Source: Patescibacteria group bacterium (lineage in GTDB: Bacteria; Patescibacteriota; Patescibacteriia; SG8-24; DYFX01). From it: DNA of 64,000 bases. The stretch is from NCBI GenBank assembly GCA_041659045.1, contig JBAZZB010000002.1:159855-223854 (forward strand), read 5' to 3'. The notes under the pieces were generated by a model that saw nothing but the letters and a program-made list of their open reading frames with translations, had not been told where the DNA came from and did no database searches. The translations under genes were made by a program, and so were the position numbers. Shown piece by piece: positions 61,170 to 64,000 of the stretch (position 1 is the stretch's first letter; the number at the start of each line of letters is the position of its first letter).

Positions 61170-62039
61170 ATGAAGATCCGAAAAGCCATCTTGCCCGTCG
61201 CCGGCATGGGAACGCGTTTCCTGCCCGCCACCAAGGCACAACCGAAAGAAATGCTGACGCTCGTCGATAAGCCGGTCATTCAGTATGTCGTCGAAGAAGC
61301 TGTTGCCTCAGGTATCGAAGAGATCATTTTCGTCACAAGTCTCACCAAGCGCGCTATCGAAGACCACTTCGATCGCAACTTCGAACTTGAAACGCGGCTT
61401 CGCCAGAAGGACAAGAAAGAGGACATCGCGATGCTCGACCGCATTACGCGCATGGCCAAATTCGCCTTCGTGCGGCAATCGGCCCCACTGGGCGACGGTC
61501 ACGCGATTCTCTCGGCGCTCCCCTTCGTCGATGCGCACGAACCGGTTGCCGTCCTGTTCGGAGACAACGTCTTCGACTCCAAAATCCCAGCGACCGCCCA
61601 ACTCATCTCTGCCTACGAGCGTTACAACGATCCAGTCATCGGCCTCTACGACGTCGGCAAGAAAAACGTTTCGCGCTACGGCATCGCAAGCGGCGTCATG
61701 GTCTCGAAAGATGTGATGGAGCTCAAAGGATTCGTTGAAAAGCCTGAAGAAAACGAAGCGCCTTCGACCTTTGCTGCCATGGGACGCTACATCATCACGC
61801 CCGAGATCATGGAGATCCTGAAGACGCAAAAGCCGGGAAAAGACGGGGAAATCCGCCTTGCCGATGCCTTCATCACTCACGTCTCACGCAACGCGCCGCT
61901 CTACGGAAAAATCGCGAACACGACCTGGTACGACTGCGGAGATAAGGAATCGTTCATGCTTGCCAACGTCGCGCTCGGTCTCAAAGACGCTCGTTTTGGA
62001 AAGAGCCTTAGAAAAGAGCTCAAGAAACTTCTTTCGTAA
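61170..62039 (+). CDS. galU: UTP--glucose-1-phosphate uridylyltransferase
   Basis: KAILPVAGMGTRFLPATKAQPKEMLTLVDKPVIQY is the canonical GalU N-terminus. Confidence 0.85.
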   Translation: MKIRKAILPVAGMGTRFLPATKAQPKEMLTLVDKPVIQYVVEEAVASGIEEIIFVTSLTKRAIEDHFDRNFELETRLRQKDKKEDIAMLDRITRMAKFAFVRQSAPLGDGHAILSALPFVDAHEPVAVLFGDNVFDSKIPATAQLISAYERYNDPVIGLYDVGKKNVSRYGIASGVMVSKDVMELKGFVEKPEENEAPSTFAAMGRYIITPEIMEILKTQKPGKDGEIRLADAFITHVSRNAPLYGKIANTTWYDCGDKESFMLANVALGLKDARFGKSLRKELKKLLS

Positions 62040-62043
62040 CACT

Positions 62044-63435
62044 ATGCTGCGCATCCGCCTCGCCTCAATCGTCCTCCTGGCCGCTTTGGTCGTGAGCGGT
62101 GCCGGCTGTTTGTCTTCGAATCTTCAAACGGCGCCCGCCTCCTCAAAACCCTTGACGCTCACCTACTGGCGCGTGCTCGACGACAGCGACTCCTTTGATG
62201 AAATCATCAACGGTTATCGCGCGCTGCACCCGAACGTTACGATCAACTACCGCAAACTGCGTCTTGAAGAGTACGAGCGCGAACTTCTGAACGCCTTGGC
62301 GGAAGACCGCGGCCCGGACATCGTCTCGCTTCACAACACCTGGGTGCGGGCATACCAGTCGAAACTGCTCCCGGCACCCGCCTCGGTAAAGATGTCCTTC
62401 CGGGAGATCCAAGGCGTCCAGAAGAACCAGGTGTGGGTTGAAAAAACATTGCCTGTCATCACCCCAGCCCAGGTTCGCGACCAATTCGTCGACCAGGTCG
62501 GCCGCGATGTCGTGGTCAAAGGCCAGTCGGAAGACCCGAAAAAAGGCATTGTCGACCAGCTCTGGGGCTTGCCGATGGCGCTCGACACGATGGTGCTCTA
62601 TTACAACAAAGACGTCCTGAACTCTGCCGGCATCCCGACTGCCGCCACGACCTGGGCTGAATTCCAGGATCACGTGAAGCGGCTCACGAAGTACGATGCC
62701 CAAGGAAAACTGGTGAAACCGGCTGCTGGCATCGGCACATCGAAGAACGTAGAGCGCTCATTCGACCTCCTTTCGCTTCTCATGATGCAAAACGGAGCTC
62801 AAATGACCGACGCCAACGGTATTCCGACCTTCAACCGCACGCCAGACGGCCTCGACCGAGAGATCCCGCCGGGGATGGAAGCGCTCGTCTTCTACACAGA
62901 CTTCGCCAATCCTTCGAAAGAAGTCTTCACGTGGGACGACACCCAGCCAAACTCGTACGACGCCTTCGTTTCCGGTAAAACAGCCTATTTCTTCGGCTAT
63001 TCTTACCACCTGCCCCGCATCCGCTCGCAGGCGCCCAAGCTCAACTTCGGCACCACGAACATCCCTCAAATTGACCCGGCCGCGAAGGTCAACTACGCCA
63101 ATTACTGGATCGAATCGGTCTCGAAGAAGAGTAAAAACCCCGATGCCGCCTGGGATTTCGTCCAATTTGCCAGCAAAGCTGATCAAACCAAGAGCTACCT
63201 GGCGAAAACGGGCAAACCGACCGCTCTGCGCAGCCTGGTAAACACGCAATTGAGCGATCCGGACACTGGAGTCTTCGCCTCGCAAGTTCTCACCGCGAAG
63301 AGTTGGTACACGGGGGCAAACATTCAGGCCACTGAAGCTGCCTTCGACGAGATGATTGATGCGACCTTAGCGGGCGCTGAACCGAACCGAGTCATCAACC
63401 TGGCGGTTCAAACCGTCGCTCAGACGATCCGATAA
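62044..63435 (+). CDS. ABC transporter substrate-binding lipoprotein (solute-binding family 1, likely sugar)
   Basis: Lipobox LVVSGAGC. The size and composition fit an extracellular solute-binding protein. Confidence 0.7.
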   Translation: MLRIRLASIVLLAALVVSGAGCLSSNLQTAPASSKPLTLTYWRVLDDSDSFDEIINGYRALHPNVTINYRKLRLEEYERELLNALAEDRGPDIVSLHNTWVRAYQSKLLPAPASVKMSFREIQGVQKNQVWVEKTLPVITPAQVRDQFVDQVGRDVVVKGQSEDPKKGIVDQLWGLPMALDTMVLYYNKDVLNSAGIPTAATTWAEFQDHVKRLTKYDAQGKLVKPAAGIGTSKNVERSFDLLSLLMMQNGAQMTDANGIPTFNRTPDGLDREIPPGMEALVFYTDFANPSKEVFTWDDTQPNSYDAFVSGKTAYFFGYSYHLPRIRSQAPKLNFGTTNIPQIDPAAKVNYANYWIESVSKKSKNPDAAWDFVQFASKADQTKSYLAKTGKPTALRSLVNTQLSDPDTGVFASQVLTAKSWYTGANIQATEAAFDEMIDATLAGAEPNRVINLAVQTVAQTIR

Positions 63436-63447
63436 TTCCGCAACAAC

Positions 63448-63520
63448 TCCCCCTACCCCCTCTTTAGCAAAGAGGGGGTTTACGTTTTTAAGATCCTCCC
63501 CTTTGCTAAAGGGGAGGTGC
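63448..63520 (+). terminator. Tandem hairpins with mirror-image loops (ccccctc-tttagcaaa-gaggggg; cctcccc-tttgctaaa-ggggagg)
   Basis: The second hairpin is the reverse complement of the first, loop included. Confidence 0.45.
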
Positions 63521-63556
63521 CGAAGGCGGAGGGGTTGTGTTACACTTATTCACGAT

Positions 63557-64000
63557 ATGAAACGCCTTCTTCGTTTCGCGCTCCCAGTCCTGTTCACCAT
63601 TCTTCCGTTTGCCGCCTCTGCTCAAATCAGGTTGCTGCCCCCGTGCACAGCGACCGGTGATTGCGGCATCACCGACATTTTGGCCGTGTTCGTGAACGCC
63701 GCTGAATATCTCATCGGCATCACTGGCGCTGTCGCCCTTTTATTCTTTGTTTATGGCGGCTTCACTTTCATCTTGGCTGCCGGCGACAAAACGAAAGTTG
63801 GCAAAGCAATCGGGATTCTGAAAAGCGCTGTCACTGGCATCGCGATCATTTTCTTCGCCGGCGTGCTCGTACGTTTCACGACACAGGCGCTCACCGGCGG
63901 CACCTCTAAAATCCCCGTTGTCGGCGAAAACTGCAAAGTAGACGCAACAGCAACCAACGGAGGCGTCAGCGATAGGTATGGAAACGGCCTGTGGATCTCG
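63557..64000 (+). CDS. Secreted/membrane protein, 3'-partial, with TrbC/VirB2-like two-TM hairpin
   Basis: Signal peptide MKRLLRFALPVLFTILPFAASA, then two hydrophobic helices (LIGITGAVALLFFVYGGFTFILAAG, AVTGIAIIFFAGVLV). Confidence 0.4.
   Translation, partial: MKRLLRFALPVLFTILPFAASAQIRLLPPCTATGDCGITDILAVFVNAAEYLIGITGAVALLFFVYGGFTFILAAGDKTKVGKAIGILKSAVTGIAIIFFAGVLVRFTTQALTGGTSKIPVVGENCKVDATATNGGVSDRYGNGLWIS

Overview
This 64 kb window reads as a compact, gene-dense, fairly GC-rich bacterial chromosome segment. Its gene content points tentatively to a Patescibacteria/CPR-type organism: split transketolase (N- and C-terminal genes), a DUF4012 envelope protein, a FemAB-family transferase, many small membrane or secreted proteins, and a 23S-5S rRNA operon with no linked 16S. 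No mobile elements, CRISPR arrays or recognisable defence systems were seen.

What the window contains:
- Housekeeping genes: ileS, ruvA, ruvB (the two ruv genes are unlinked), rlmH, glmS, yvcK, galU, and a pentose-phosphate/sugar block (rpiB, rpe, split tkt, PfkB kinase, class II FBA, 2-hydroxyacid dehydrogenase).
- Two cell-envelope glycan clusters: GT4 + DUF4012 + a large membrane-anchored protein at the left end, and flippase + GT4 + two O-antigen-ligase-like paralogs further right.
- RNA genes: six tRNAs (Arg-CCG, Ala-TGC, Leu-TAG, Gly-GCC, Leu-TAA, Ser-CGA) and a minus-strand 23S-5S operon with tandem sigma70-like promoters and a terminator.

Features worth a second look:
- ileS carries a ~190-aa histidine-phosphatase (phosphoglycerate-mutase-like) domain inserted between the two Cys pairs of its zinc-binding knuckle. 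This is the most unusual feature in the window.
- Two adjacent paralogous hypothetical proteins share a CxCGKHGRxVG motif.
- An NlpC/P60 pair sits in tandem, and one copy has lost its catalytic Cys.
- A stand-alone FtsH-like M41 peptidase domain has a poly-Lys tail.
- A two-lamin-tail-domain surface protein is membrane-anchored at its C-terminus.
- A thioredoxin-like protein, a VKOR and a 60-aa peptide with 10 cysteines form one cassette.
- A 22-aa Lys-rich peptide has its own RBS, terminator and an upstream operator-like palindrome.
- An ~850-nt GC-rich non-coding gap lies next to the rRNA terminator.

All calls come from reading the sequence and the ORF translations; no database searches were run.
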